This document shows positions 1 to 10,314 of a stretch of 64,000 nt of DNA, in pieces. The stretch spans positions 34,100 through 98,099 of the forward strand of contig JAAYBR010000100.1 of assembly GCA_012730045.1 (NCBI GenBank). The letters run 5' to 3'. Source of the stretch: Candidatus Hydrogenedentota bacterium. Its GTDB lineage: Bacteria > Hydrogenedentota > Hydrogenedentia > Hydrogenedentales > CAITNO01. A program made the position numbers and the translations under genes. How positions within the stretch are numbered: position 1 is the stretch's first letter; each line of letters starts with the position of its first letter. The notes beneath the pieces were generated by a model. It made no database searches, was not told the origin of the DNA, and saw only the letters and a list, made by a program, of their open reading frames with translations.

Positions 1-1038
1 CCGCGCAACCTCTCCCGCCTGTCCCTGCGCGTGTCCGCCGAGCAGCTGGACGGGACGCCGCTGCCGGCGCCGGCCTACGCCGTGGTGCCCAAGGAGGGCG
101 GCGGCCTGGTGTCGGACTGGACGCTCCAGGTGGTAAACAACGACTACACATTTGAGGCGCCCGCGGGCCGGGCCTTCCGCTACGGAGACTACGGCGAGCT
201 GATGGACATCACGGTGGACTCGGCGGTTCCCTTCAAGGTGCGGCTGGAGGTGCTGGACCCGCTCATCGGCGGGTCGCAGGACGGCAAGTATTTCACCAGT
301 CCGGACACCATCACAGTCGGGGACACCTTCTTCCAGGCCACGTCTTTCCCGAGGCCCAGGCTCGGTTACGACCCCGCGCCCGTCTTCACCAAGCCGGACG
401 TGGTGGACCTTGGGGCCGCGGGGCTTCAGGCCGACGTGGACGTCTTCAACATCGGCGGCTCGCACCCGCCCACGGACGTGGCCCTGCACTGGGTGATCCG
501 TCAGGGCGCGCTTTCCTGGCCCGGCAGGCAGACCGGCAGCTTCACCATTGACCCGATAGACGCCGAACTGATTCCGCCGGTGACGTCCACGGAGATTCCG
601 GGGCTGTGCGTCATTGCCCCCGACCGCGAGGCGGCGGAGCCGGGCCTCTACAGCGGCTCCTTCTACATGGACTTCACCTACGGCAGCCTGCCCTATTTCG
701 GCACCCTCGGCCCCTTCTATGTGCTGTACGCGGTCGAGCCGCCGAAGATGGAGATCGAGAACGCCGACCTCGACTTCGGGGATGCGGCCACCGAGCTGCC
801 CGCCAAGGTGACCAACACCGGCCAGGGCCTGCTGGAGTGGTCCATTGACACGGCGGACCTTCCTGAGTGGGTGTCCGTGACCAGCGCCGGTTCCGTGCTG
901 GGGCCGGGCCAGGAGGCCCCCTTCAATGTGCGCGTGGACAGGAGTGTCGTGGGGCCGGGAACCTATGTGAAGAACATCCAGGTCCGGGGCAACACCGGAC
1001 TGACGGACATGATCCATGTGCGGATGGTGAAGAACTGA
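1..1038 (+). CDS. 5'-truncated surface/secreted protein with C-terminal BACON/Ig-like beta-sandwich domain
   Basis: Frame is open from base 1 to TGA at 1036-1038. The C-terminal ~85 aa (LDFG...VTNTGQGLLEWSI...PEWVSV...GPGTY...IQV) has the BACON-like pattern. Codon usage is typical. Confidence 0.6.
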   Translation, partial: PRNLSRLSLRVSAEQLDGTPLPAPAYAVVPKEGGGLVSDWTLQVVNNDYTFEAPAGRAFRYGDYGELMDITVDSAVPFKVRLEVLDPLIGGSQDGKYFTSPDTITVGDTFFQATSFPRPRLGYDPAPVFTKPDVVDLGAAGLQADVDVFNIGGSHPPTDVALHWVIRQGALSWPGRQTGSFTIDPIDAELIPPVTSTEIPGLCVIAPDREAAEPGLYSGSFYMDFTYGSLPYFGTLGPFYVLYAVEPPKMEIENADLDFGDAATELPAKVTNTGQGLLEWSIDTADLPEWVSVTSAGSVLGPGQEAPFNVRVDRSVVGPGTYVKNIQVRGNTGLTDMIHVRMVKN

Positions 1039-1067
1039 CGGGCCCGCGGGCCCTTCCGCGAAACACA

Positions 1068-1101
1068 AAGCGGGCGTCCAACACCGGTTGGGCGCCCGCT
1101 T
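1068..1101. terminator. probable bidirectional intrinsic terminator hairpin
   Basis: aagcgggcgtccaac-accg-gttgggcgcccgctt is a 15-bp stem (one G-U pair) lying between convergent genes. Confidence 0.65.
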
Positions 1102-1114
1102 CCGTTGTTTCCGG

Positions 1115-2455
1115 CTATTCCTTCCAGGCCCTTCCGCAGCCGCAGTCGCCCGCTGCGGCCGACCTGGCCACGTTCTTGAGATGCTCCCACGAGAAGATGC
1201 CCGAGCTGTGCCCGTCGCTCCAGGAGAGGGCCACGGCGTAGTTCCCGAGGTACTGGAGCTCCTCCGCGTGGATGTCCTCCGGCACAGAGGCGGGGTCCAG
1301 TTTCTGCTCCCGCGTGTACTCGTCCACGCAGACGGCGCACTGGCAGGAGGCCCGCAGCGCCCGGTTGGGAATCCGGTCCTCCGTGCCGTCGGGCCAGAGC
1401 ACGGACACAAAGGCGAGGTCCGTGCGCACCTGCGGCTGCGGCCCCCGGCCCGCCCGGCGCATGCCGACGGCCCGGTGGAGGTTCGCGGCCAGCTGGGCGA
1501 AGGCGGGGATGTCCGCCCCGGCGTCGCGGGTGGCGGCGGTGTGCAGCCCCGGCAGGATGGGCAGGCGCGCCAGCGTGTCCAGGCCGAAGCGGTCCTTGAG
1601 CGCGCGGGTGCCGTCGCCGAAGGGGTGGTGTTCCCTGCCGCACCCGTCGCAGGTGAAGGAGGCCATGTTCTCCACGATCCCCAGCACCGGCACGTCCACC
1701 CGCTCAAACATGAGGATGCCCCGCGCGACGTCCACGAGGGACAGCGCCTGGGGCGTGGTCACGATGAGGGCGCCGTCCAGGGCCACCCGCTGTGTCAGGG
1801 TCAGCTGGATGTCACCGGTGCCCGGCGGCAGGTCAATGAGGAGGTAGTCGAGGGGGCCCCACTCCGTCTGGCCGAGCAGCTGCATGACATAGCCCGAGAC
1901 CATGGGCCCGCGCATGACGGCGGGCCGGTCGCCCAGCATGTAGCCCAGGCTCATGGTCTTCAGCCCGTCCACCTCCACCGGAAGAAACTGCTCGCCGAAG
2001 GAGACCACCTCCGGGTGGTGCGTGTTCAGCAGCGTCGGCAGCGACGGCCCGTGGACATCCGCGTCCAGCAGGCCCACCGCCAGCCCTTCGCGCTGAAGGG
2101 CGCGCGCCAGCAGGGCGGCCACGGTGGATTTTCCCACCCCGCCCTTGCACGAGGACACGGCCACGATCGCGCCGATCTGGCCCAGGTCCAGGTCCGGCTG
2201 GGCCTTTGACCGGTGCTGCGCCGTCATGGCCACCTCCACCCGGTCCACCCCGGGCAGCGCGCCCACGGCGGCCTCGGCCTGCCGCTTGAAGGCGTCCTTC
2301 ACCGGGCAGGAGGGGGTCGTCAGCTCGATGTCGAAGCTGACCGCGCCGCCCTCGATCTTTAGGTTTTTGACGAATCCGAGGGACACGATGTCCCGGTTCA
2401 GGTCGGGGTCCACGATGGCCCCGAGGGCCTCCAGGATCTGTGCTTCGGTGGCCAT
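1115..2455 (-). CDS. mrp: Mrp/NBP35 (ApbC) Fe-S cluster carrier ATPase with N-terminal DUF59 and C-terminal DUF971 domains
   Basis: DUF59 (DPDLNRDIVSLGFV...LTTPSCP), deviant Walker A CKGGVGKST, LLDADVHGPS, DLPPGTGD, VENMASFTCDGC, and DUF971 (CQCAVC...GNYAVALSWSDGHSSGIFSW). Confidence 0.92.
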   Translation of the reverse strand: MATEAQILEALGAIVDPDLNRDIVSLGFVKNLKIEGGAVSFDIELTTPSCPVKDAFKRQAEAAVGALPGVDRVEVAMTAQHRSKAQPDLDLGQIGAIVAVSSCKGGVGKSTVAALLARALQREGLAVGLLDADVHGPSLPTLLNTHHPEVVSFGEQFLPVEVDGLKTMSLGYMLGDRPAVMRGPMVSGYVMQLLGQTEWGPLDYLLIDLPPGTGDIQLTLTQRVALDGALIVTTPQALSLVDVARGILMFERVDVPVLGIVENMASFTCDGCGREHHPFGDGTRALKDRFGLDTLARLPILPGLHTAATRDAGADIPAFAQLAANLHRAVGMRRAGRGPQPQVRTDLAFVSVLWPDGTEDRIPNRALRASCQCAVCVDEYTREQKLDPASVPEDIHAEELQYLGNYAVALSWSDGHSSGIFSWEHLKNVARSAAAGDCGCGRAWKE

Positions 2456-2489
2456 GGTCCGGGGTCTCCTTTGGCGGGCCGCCGCGCGC

Positions 2490-2855
2490 TCAGGCGAACG
2501 CGTCGCCCTCGAACAGCAGTCCGCAGTAGAGGCACTTCTTGTGCCTGGAATTGCTCACACGCCCGCAGTTGGGGCACTTGACGGGGTGGCTGGTCAGTCT
2601 GCCGTCCGCCATTCCGTCGCGCAGGTCAATCTCCTGCGCCAGCTTCTCCAGTTCCGCGTCGGACAGGCTCGCCCGCGCCCTCACGAGCTCCCACATGGCC
2701 TGGCACATGAGGGCCAGCCGCTCCACCTGGTCACGGAGCTCCCGGATCTCCGACGCCTGCACGGGCGACTGCCGCGCGTCGGTGGCCCGGGGGCCCGCCT
2801 GGGGCAGGTCGGCCGTCGGGCCGGCGTCAAAGGGGTCGAAGAAGATGTTCGCCAT
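2490..2855 (-). CDS. small hypothetical protein with coiled segment and C-terminal zinc ribbon
   Basis: 121 aa with CPNC...CLYC. It has a GGAG RBS and lies in the same direction between glyA and mrp. Confidence 0.75.
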   Translation of the reverse strand: MANIFFDPFDAGPTADLPQAGPRATDARQSPVQASEIRELRDQVERLALMCQAMWELVRARASLSDAELEKLAQEIDLRDGMADGRLTSHPVKCPNCGRVSNSRHKKCLYCGLLFEGDAFA

Positions 2856-2879
2856 GGGACGGTCTCCTCGGGAGCCCGG

Positions 2880-4397
<1,518 letters not shown>

Positions 4398-4742
4398 GGC
4401 AGGCTCCTCAGGAATTAGGGTTGCGCGGTCCCGCGATCCTCCGGGAACCTCGGCGTCCGAGTATCGTACCCCGCAGGTGGCGGAAAAGGCAAACGCGCGC
4501 GCAGGGGAGTGTCCCGGCCCCGGCGCGGCTTCGATTTTCCCGGCATCCCTTCCTGCGGACGGGCGGCCTGCGGGGAACCGATGACTTTTAAAGTGATTGG
4601 ACCAGTTGAAAAAAAAGGTGTGTTTTGTTCGGTTTTTTGCTAATCATACTGAGGAAACCACGCAAACTGCGGTTGTGTGCTATTTTTTTCCGCTTGCTTT
4701 TTTCCCGGTTGTCTGGTACATTGTCCCTTGGAGGACTGAGCC

Positions 4743-5195
4743 ATGGATGTGCGAGAAGAACGCAAGGCCAAGTCCGGCGGCACAAGTGACGGGGGTTTCA
4801 CGCTTGTTGAGGTGATGTTCGCCGCAGGCACCCTCGCCTTGGCGCTCACCCTGCTGTTCGGATCCCTGATTTCCATCAACCTTATGGGGGAAGTCAATGA
4901 GGGGCGTGCCAAGGCCTCGAACCATCTGGCGAGTGTGATGGAGAGTCTTCGTTCGCGCTCCCTCAACGACGTTATCACGCAGGAAATCCCCCTTTACACA
5001 GAGGACCATGTGGAGATCGCCGTGGCGCTGGAGGCGGTGAACACGTCTGGCGAGCGGGTGAGTCTCCCCGTCACCGATGTGGTCCAGGCCATGGCGGCGC
5101 TTCCCGATCCCGTGGAGGTGGTGGCCACGGCCGTGTGGACAGACACGCGGGGCCGCATGTATACAAGCACGGCGTCCACGATGGTGGGGAGATGA
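4743..5195 (+). CDS. type IV minor pilin/pseudopilin (PilV-like)
   Basis: Prepilin cleavage motif GG|FTLVEVM followed by a hydrophobic helix; GGAGG RBS. Confidence 0.85.
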   Translation: MDVREERKAKSGGTSDGGFTLVEVMFAAGTLALALTLLFGSLISINLMGEVNEGRAKASNHLASVMESLRSRSLNDVITQEIPLYTEDHVEIAVALEAVNTSGERVSLPVTDVVQAMAALPDPVEVVATAVWTDTRGRMYTSTASTMVGR

Positions 5196-5199
5196 GTTC

Positions 5200-5784
5200 A
5201 TGGGCATGAACAACCGCGGCTTCACGCTTCTGGAGGTGATGACGGCCTCCGCCATTCTTTCGGTGCTCCTGCTGACGCTGTACGGCCTTTCAGAGGCGTT
5301 TGCCGGCACCGCGCAGGTGCAGCGGGCGAAAATTCAGGGAAACGAGGAGGCGCGCCGCGGGGTGCAGGTGGTGCTGCCCCTGGTGCGCATGGCCTCCCGC
5401 AGCACCGTGAACTGGAACCAGCTTCCCGGCCCCGTGCTCACGTTCCGCGCCGCGGAAGATGTGGACGGGAACGGCACGGCGGTCAATGTGGGCGCGCGGC
5501 TGGAGCTCGGCGCGGCCATCACCGTCGGTCCGGACCTGCAGGATGCAAACGAGGACGGGGTGACGGCCACGCAGCTGGTGATGGTCCAGGGCGACGTGGT
5601 CACCGTGCTGGCAAACCATTTGGTTGCGCCGCCCGGCGGGGCGCAGCCGACGGCGGACAACAGCGGTTTTTGGGTGACCCCGCGCGATGCGGGGGTTGAG
5701 TTGATGATCCGCGCCCAGGGCCGCACCGCCCGGGGGCGTGTCATGACAACCAGCATGTCGCAGTTTGCGGCGATGAGGAACTAG
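5200..5784 (+). CDS. type IV minor pilin/pseudopilin (PilW-like)
   Basis: NNRG|FTLLEVM prepilin motif. Start reassigned to ATG 5200, 4 nt after the upstream stop, with a GGAG RBS. Confidence 0.85.
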   Translation: MGMNNRGFTLLEVMTASAILSVLLLTLYGLSEAFAGTAQVQRAKIQGNEEARRGVQVVLPLVRMASRSTVNWNQLPGPVLTFRAAEDVDGNGTAVNVGARLELGAAITVGPDLQDANEDGVTATQLVMVQGDVVTVLANHLVAPPGGAQPTADNSGFWVTPRDAGVELMIRAQGRTARGRVMTTSMSQFAAMRN

Positions 5785-5786
5785 CC

Positions 5787-7625
5787 ATGAAGAGGAACAC
5801 CATTCGGCGTGGGGGCACCTCGGGCATGGCGCAGTTGACGGCGGTGATTTTCATCGCCGTCGCGGCGCTCATCATCGTGGCCGTTGCCACACGGCAGCTG
5901 GACCAGTTCAGGCTGGTGGAGCGCCACGAGGATTTCCAGATATGTTTCGACGGCGTGGAGTCCGCGCGGCTGCACAGCGTGGCCATTCTGGAGGGCGCCT
6001 CGACCGGCACCCCGGCGGCCGCGCCGCCGGAGGGGGTCAACCTCAATCCGGTTTCCACCTCGGGCATCGGCGCCTCGACCGCGAAAAGCGCGGCGGGCGG
6101 CGGCGCCAGCGGCGCCAGTGTCGGCCTGGAAACATGGGATCCTGTCTACGACTCGGACAACCGGATTGTGCTGCCCGAGTTTGACTCCACCGAGGCCAAT
6201 CCGGTGGAGCTTCCGGGCATGCCCGGGCTCGTCTACATGAGCTATGTGGCCGACTGGGCCAACGACAGCCGGGACAACAACGGCAACGGTGCGGTGGACG
6301 ACTTCGGCGAGCAGCTCGTGTTCAGCATCCACAGCGAGGCGCAGTACGAGGGGGTGCAGCGCGAGGTGGAGTCCGTGTACGTCGCGAAGGACATCAACGT
6401 GTGGAACAACGCCATCTTTGCGGGCACGGGGGCCGCCGGGCAGCTGATCAACGGCAATGTGAGCATCTACGGCTCCGTGCACCTGCTGGGCGATGATCTG
6501 GACCCGAGCAACCTGGCCGTGAACGCGATGGACCTCAGCGGCACGTCTATGATTCACAACAACTACGTCGGCATGCCCGGCACCCTGCGGTCGCGGGTGC
6601 CCGCCCTGCCCACCACCTTCGTGAACGGCAAGGAGGTGGAGACGCTGGACGCCGCGCTGCGGGTGCGCCGCGGCCTCGTCAGCCTGTCGGGCAACTCCGA
6701 AATCGGCGAGAGGAACAACGACGGCAACAGCGTGAAGGAGCTGATGGACGGCACCTTCAACACGGACGGGTGGGCGGGCAACGCCGTGATTCCCGACGGC
6801 GGGCGGGGCATCCCCCAGTCGGTGTGGAGCGACAACGGGTTCAACAACACCTACGACCTGGGCACCCGCATGTCGCTGCCCCTGCTCGACGACGACTGGC
6901 GCGAGACCGACGGCTCGCGCGTCATGAACCCCTACACGGGCACCTGGTACACCCACTCCGAGTACTTCAGCGAGGTGCTGCTGGCCGACCCGACCGCGCG
7001 GACCGACGGCATGTACAACAAGAACATGCTCATTGACACCGGGGCCAACGCCGCCTTCTACTGGAACGCGACGACGGGCCAGGAGCTCACCGGCGCCGCC
7101 GCGGTCGCCGCGGTGCCCGGCGCCAACGACGACTATATCAGCTTCAACCCGGTGACGAATGTGCTGAAGATCAACGGCCAGATCCGGATCAACGGGGACC
7201 TCGAATTCACGGGGAAGGGCAACGACACAACCATCAATTATTCCGGACGGGGCGCCATCCTGACCTATGGCGACGTCACCATTGACACGAACCTCCTGAC
7301 CTGCAACAACGGAAATCCGGCGGACACGGCCCTCAGCTATCCGGTGCGCAACGTGCTCGGCGTCATGTGTTCCCAGGACATGATGGTGGGAAGCAAGGCC
7401 CAGCTCGACATCATGGGCGCCTTCTATGCCGAGGGCCAAATTAAGACCATGAAGCAGACCAACGTGATAGGAACCTTCGTGTCCAACTACTTTGACATGG
7501 GTTCCCAAGTGCCGAACATCTACCAGGTGCCCGAGCTTTCGCGCAACCTGCCCTATGGCATGATCGGCAACTACCCGATCATGGACCTCTCCATGGTTTC
7601 CTGGCGCGAACTCCCGCAGAACTGA
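5787..7625 (+). CDS. large PilX/GspK-like pilin-associated protein
   Basis: Basic leader then G|MAQLTAVIFIAVAALIIVAV (no Glu5, as in the PilX class). Third gene of the pilin run, with a long Asn/Gly/Asp-rich extracellular body. Confidence 0.7.
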   Translation: MKRNTIRRGGTSGMAQLTAVIFIAVAALIIVAVATRQLDQFRLVERHEDFQICFDGVESARLHSVAILEGASTGTPAAAPPEGVNLNPVSTSGIGASTAKSAAGGGASGASVGLETWDPVYDSDNRIVLPEFDSTEANPVELPGMPGLVYMSYVADWANDSRDNNGNGAVDDFGEQLVFSIHSEAQYEGVQREVESVYVAKDINVWNNAIFAGTGAAGQLINGNVSIYGSVHLLGDDLDPSNLAVNAMDLSGTSMIHNNYVGMPGTLRSRVPALPTTFVNGKEVETLDAALRVRRGLVSLSGNSEIGERNNDGNSVKELMDGTFNTDGWAGNAVIPDGGRGIPQSVWSDNGFNNTYDLGTRMSLPLLDDDWRETDGSRVMNPYTGTWYTHSEYFSEVLLADPTARTDGMYNKNMLIDTGANAAFYWNATTGQELTGAAAVAAVPGANDDYISFNPVTNVLKINGQIRINGDLEFTGKGNDTTINYSGRGAILTYGDVTIDTNLLTCNNGNPADTALSYPVRNVLGVMCSQDMMVGSKAQLDIMGAFYAEGQIKTMKQTNVIGTFVSNYFDMGSQVPNIYQVPELSRNLPYGMIGNYPIMDLSMVSWRELPQN

Positions 7626-7633
7626 GGGTTTTC

Positions 7634-8485
7634 ATGAACGCGGAGTTTCTGCGGAAGAACGGGTGGATGGTGGGGATGTGCGCCGTGTGCCTTGTCGCAC
7701 TCGGCGCGGGGGTGGTTTCCCTCTTCACCGGGGGGGCGGAAAAGGAGGCCCCCGCCCGGAAAGTGCGCCGTCCGCACCCCGTGGCCGCCGACCAGCAGGA
7801 CCGGGCCCGGGAGATTTTTTACGCCGCCAAGGAGGCGGTTCCCGCCCCCACCAAGCGGGAGGAGCGCCTGGGCTATGTGGAGAAGTACCGGCGGCTGCTC
7901 GAGGAGGACCAGGACGCCCCGGAGACGCCCGTCACCCTGATGGCCCTGGGCCTCACCTACCGGCAGCTTCAGGATTTTGAGAACGCCGCATGGGCCTTCC
8001 ACGAGGTTATAGACCGTTATCCCCAGTCCAACCAGTGTATCCAGGCGTGGCTGGAACTCGGAACCTGCTATGAATTCACGGGCAACCAGGAGAAGATGAT
8101 CAGCACCTACATGGAGATGGCAAAAGCCTTTCCGCCCGACACGGACGCCCACAAGTTCGCGCAGAGCAAACTGAAGCTGCTGGACCTTCCCATGTCCGGC
8201 CCCGTGGCCGAGCCCGCCCCCGCGTCCGAGCCCGGTTTTGTACCCGATGTGGAGTTCGAGAGCACGTCCGCAGTGGCGGCGGAGGCCGCGCCCGCAGCGG
8301 AGGAGCCGGCGGTGGAGGAGGCCCCGTCCGCAGGGGAGGTTCCTGCCGCGGAGGAGGCTGCCGCGGCGGAGGAGGCACCCGCCGAAGCCGTTCCCGTCCC
8401 TGCGGCGGAACCCGTCCCCGCGGAGGCCCCCGTCGCTCCGGAGGAAGAGGCGCCGGCGGCGGAAACCGCCGCGCCCGCGCAGTAA
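7634..8485 (+). CDS. membrane-anchored TPR protein with Ala/Glu/Pro-rich C-terminal tail
   Basis: N-terminal TM segment, TPR-like helices (ALGLTYRQLQDFENAAWAFHEVIDRYP; AWLELGTCY), and a low-complexity PAAEE-type tail. Confidence 0.75.
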   Translation: MNAEFLRKNGWMVGMCAVCLVALGAGVVSLFTGGAEKEAPARKVRRPHPVAADQQDRAREIFYAAKEAVPAPTKREERLGYVEKYRRLLEEDQDAPETPVTLMALGLTYRQLQDFENAAWAFHEVIDRYPQSNQCIQAWLELGTCYEFTGNQEKMISTYMEMAKAFPPDTDAHKFAQSKLKLLDLPMSGPVAEPAPASEPGFVPDVEFESTSAVAAEAAPAAEEPAVEEAPSAGEVPAAEEAAAAEEAPAEAVPVPAAEPVPAEAPVAPEEEAPAAETAAPAQ

Positions 8486-8548
8486 GGGGCCGTTTTTTCC
8501 CGAAAGACCTGACAGGGGTGAGGTGTGTCCAAGACACGCGCGCGGAGC

Positions 8549-8701
8549 GCGCCTTGGAGTGCGCAAGCTCGCTTGCGCCTTCCAGACCGGGTTGCCACGG
8601 AATCTGCCAAGGGGCGGCGGAGCCCGGCGTGTCGTGTAAGCGTGCGCGCGGGCAAGCCCGCGCGAAGAAAGGCGGCAGCAAGCTGCCGCAGTCCAAGGCG
8701 C
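8549..8701. repeat. REP-like inverted-repeat doublet (GGAGTGCG family)
   Basis: gcgccttggagtgc at 8549 pairs with gcagtccaaggcgc at 8688 (1 mismatch), with internal hairpins. The segment cgcgggcaagcccgc.cgaagaaaggcggc.gcaagc recurs at about 22101-22138. Confidence 0.75.
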
Positions 8702-8848
8702 TTCGCGCCGCGCGAAGCTACGGTCAGCTCGGTGCCCAGCGGTCTGTTGGCGCGCGGGGTTGTGGGGACGGGAAGCGGGCGGCCCGGTCGAGACGCAGGC
8801 CGTGGTAGACTGTCCGCGTGCCGGGTGTTCTGGCGGGAGGTCATTGGC

Positions 8849-10306
8849 ATGGATGGTATGGGTGTGGACCGGGGCCGGCGGCGGTTTTTGGGGGCGCTGG
8901 GGGCGGGGGCGGTGTCGGCGGCGTGGCCGCGCGGGGCGGCGCGGGCGTCCGCGCCGGACCCCCGGCCCAACGTGCTCTTCATCGCGGTGGACGATCTGAA
9001 TGACTGGGTGGGCTGCCTGGGCGGCCACCCGCAGGCGCGTACGCCGAACCTGGACCGGCTGGCGGGGGAGGGGGTGCTCTTTGAAAACGCGCACTGCCAG
9101 GCGCCCATCTGCACGCCGTCGCGCGCGTCCCTCCTCTCCGGGATGCTTCCGTCCACCACGGGCCTCTACTTTCTCACCCCGCAGTACCGGGAGGCGGAGA
9201 CGCTCCGCGACACGGTGTCCCTCCAGCAGCACTTCATGGCCCACGGCTACCGGTCCCTGGGGGCGGGCAAGGTGTTCCACACGAACACGGACCCCGAATC
9301 TTTCCACGAATACGGCGGGGCCATGGGCGGTTTCGGCCCGCTTCCGGAGAAGAAACTCAGCTTGCCCAAGGGGCACCCCCTGTGGGACTGGGGGGCCTTT
9401 CCCGGGCGGGATGAGGACATGCCGGACCACAAGATTGCGTCCTGGGCGGCGGACCGGCTCTCGGAGGACCACGGGGGGCCCTTCATGCTGTCTGTGGGCT
9501 TCTTCCGGCCCCACGTCCCCATGTATGCGCCGCAGAAATGGTTTGACCTGCATCCGCGCGGCAAGATCATCCTCCCCGAAGCCCGGGCGGACGAGTACGA
9601 CGACATTCCCCGCTACGCGCGGCAGCTTTCGTATGCCGCCGCCGCGCCGCGCCACGACTATGTGGTGTCCCTGGGCGAATGGGAGCACGGCGTGCAGGCC
9701 TATCTTGCCTGTGTCAGCTTTGTGGACGCCTGCGTGGGCCGCGTGCTGGACGCGCTGCGCGCGGGGCCGCATGCGGACAACACGGTGGTGGCGCTGTGGG
9801 GCGACCATGGGTTCCACCTGGGCGACAGACTGCGCTGGGGCAAGCGGTCGCTGTGGGAGGAGGCGACGCGGGCGCCCCTGATGATCGCGGGGCCCGGCGT
9901 GGCGCGGGGCGGCCGCTGCCGCCGTCCGGCGGGCATGATTGACCTGTATCCCACGCTGTCGGACCTGTGCGGACTGCCGCCGCGGCCCGGTCTGGAGGGG
10001 CGCAGCCTGCGCCCCCTGCTGGAGGACCCCGCGGCCCCGTGGGACCGCCCCGCGCTCACGACCTTCGGCCCGAACAACCACTCCCTGCGTTCCGAGCGCC
10101 ACCGCTACATCCGCTACGCGGACGGTTCCGAGGAGCTGTACGACCACGAGACGGACCCCGGTGAGCATGTGAACCTGGCGGGCACGCCGGGGGCCGACGC
10201 TGTGGTGCGGGAGATGCGCCGGTGGCTGCCGGCGGTGAACCGCCCCGCGCTCCCCGGAAGCGGCGGCTCCGACTCGCCCCTCTACGGCCCCATAGACGCG
10301 TGGTGA
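8849..10306 (+). CDS. Tat-exported Cys-type sulfatase (iduronate-2-sulfatase/choline-sulfatase-like)
   Basis: Twin-arginine signal RRRFLGAL, PNVLFIAVDDL, CTPSRASLLSG, GKVFH, RPHVP, GDHGFHLG, ELYDHETDPGE. Start at ATG 8849 after GGGAGG. Confidence 0.93.
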   Translation: MDGMGVDRGRRRFLGALGAGAVSAAWPRGAARASAPDPRPNVLFIAVDDLNDWVGCLGGHPQARTPNLDRLAGEGVLFENAHCQAPICTPSRASLLSGMLPSTTGLYFLTPQYREAETLRDTVSLQQHFMAHGYRSLGAGKVFHTNTDPESFHEYGGAMGGFGPLPEKKLSLPKGHPLWDWGAFPGRDEDMPDHKIASWAADRLSEDHGGPFMLSVGFFRPHVPMYAPQKWFDLHPRGKIILPEARADEYDDIPRYARQLSYAAAAPRHDYVVSLGEWEHGVQAYLACVSFVDACVGRVLDALRAGPHADNTVVALWGDHGFHLGDRLRWGKRSLWEEATRAPLMIAGPGVARGGRCRRPAGMIDLYPTLSDLCGLPPRPGLEGRSLRPLLEDPAAPWDRPALTTFGPNNHSLRSERHRYIRYADGSEELYDHETDPGEHVNLAGTPGADAVVREMRRWLPAVNRPALPGSGGSDSPLYGPIDAW

Positions 10307-10314
10307 GGAGGGCG

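Noticed and set aside
4398-4742. Possible ZTP (pfl) riboswitch upstream of glyA, or c-di-GMP-I riboswitch upstream of the pilin operon (AAAGGCAAAC at about 4485)
   Set aside because: The ZTP hallmarks (ACUGGCG, CGxCUGGGCA) and the c-di-GMP-I GACGCAAAG/P2 stem are not present. The region looks like an ordinary AT-rich divergent promoter.
8270-8480. PAAEE-type tandem DNA repeats as a mobile or contingency locus
   Set aside because: Degenerate, in frame, and explained by a low-complexity disordered protein tail.
8525-8848. Extended N-terminus of the sulfatase in the ORF track
   Set aside because: It is translated REP sequence. The RBS and Tat signal place the start at 8849.
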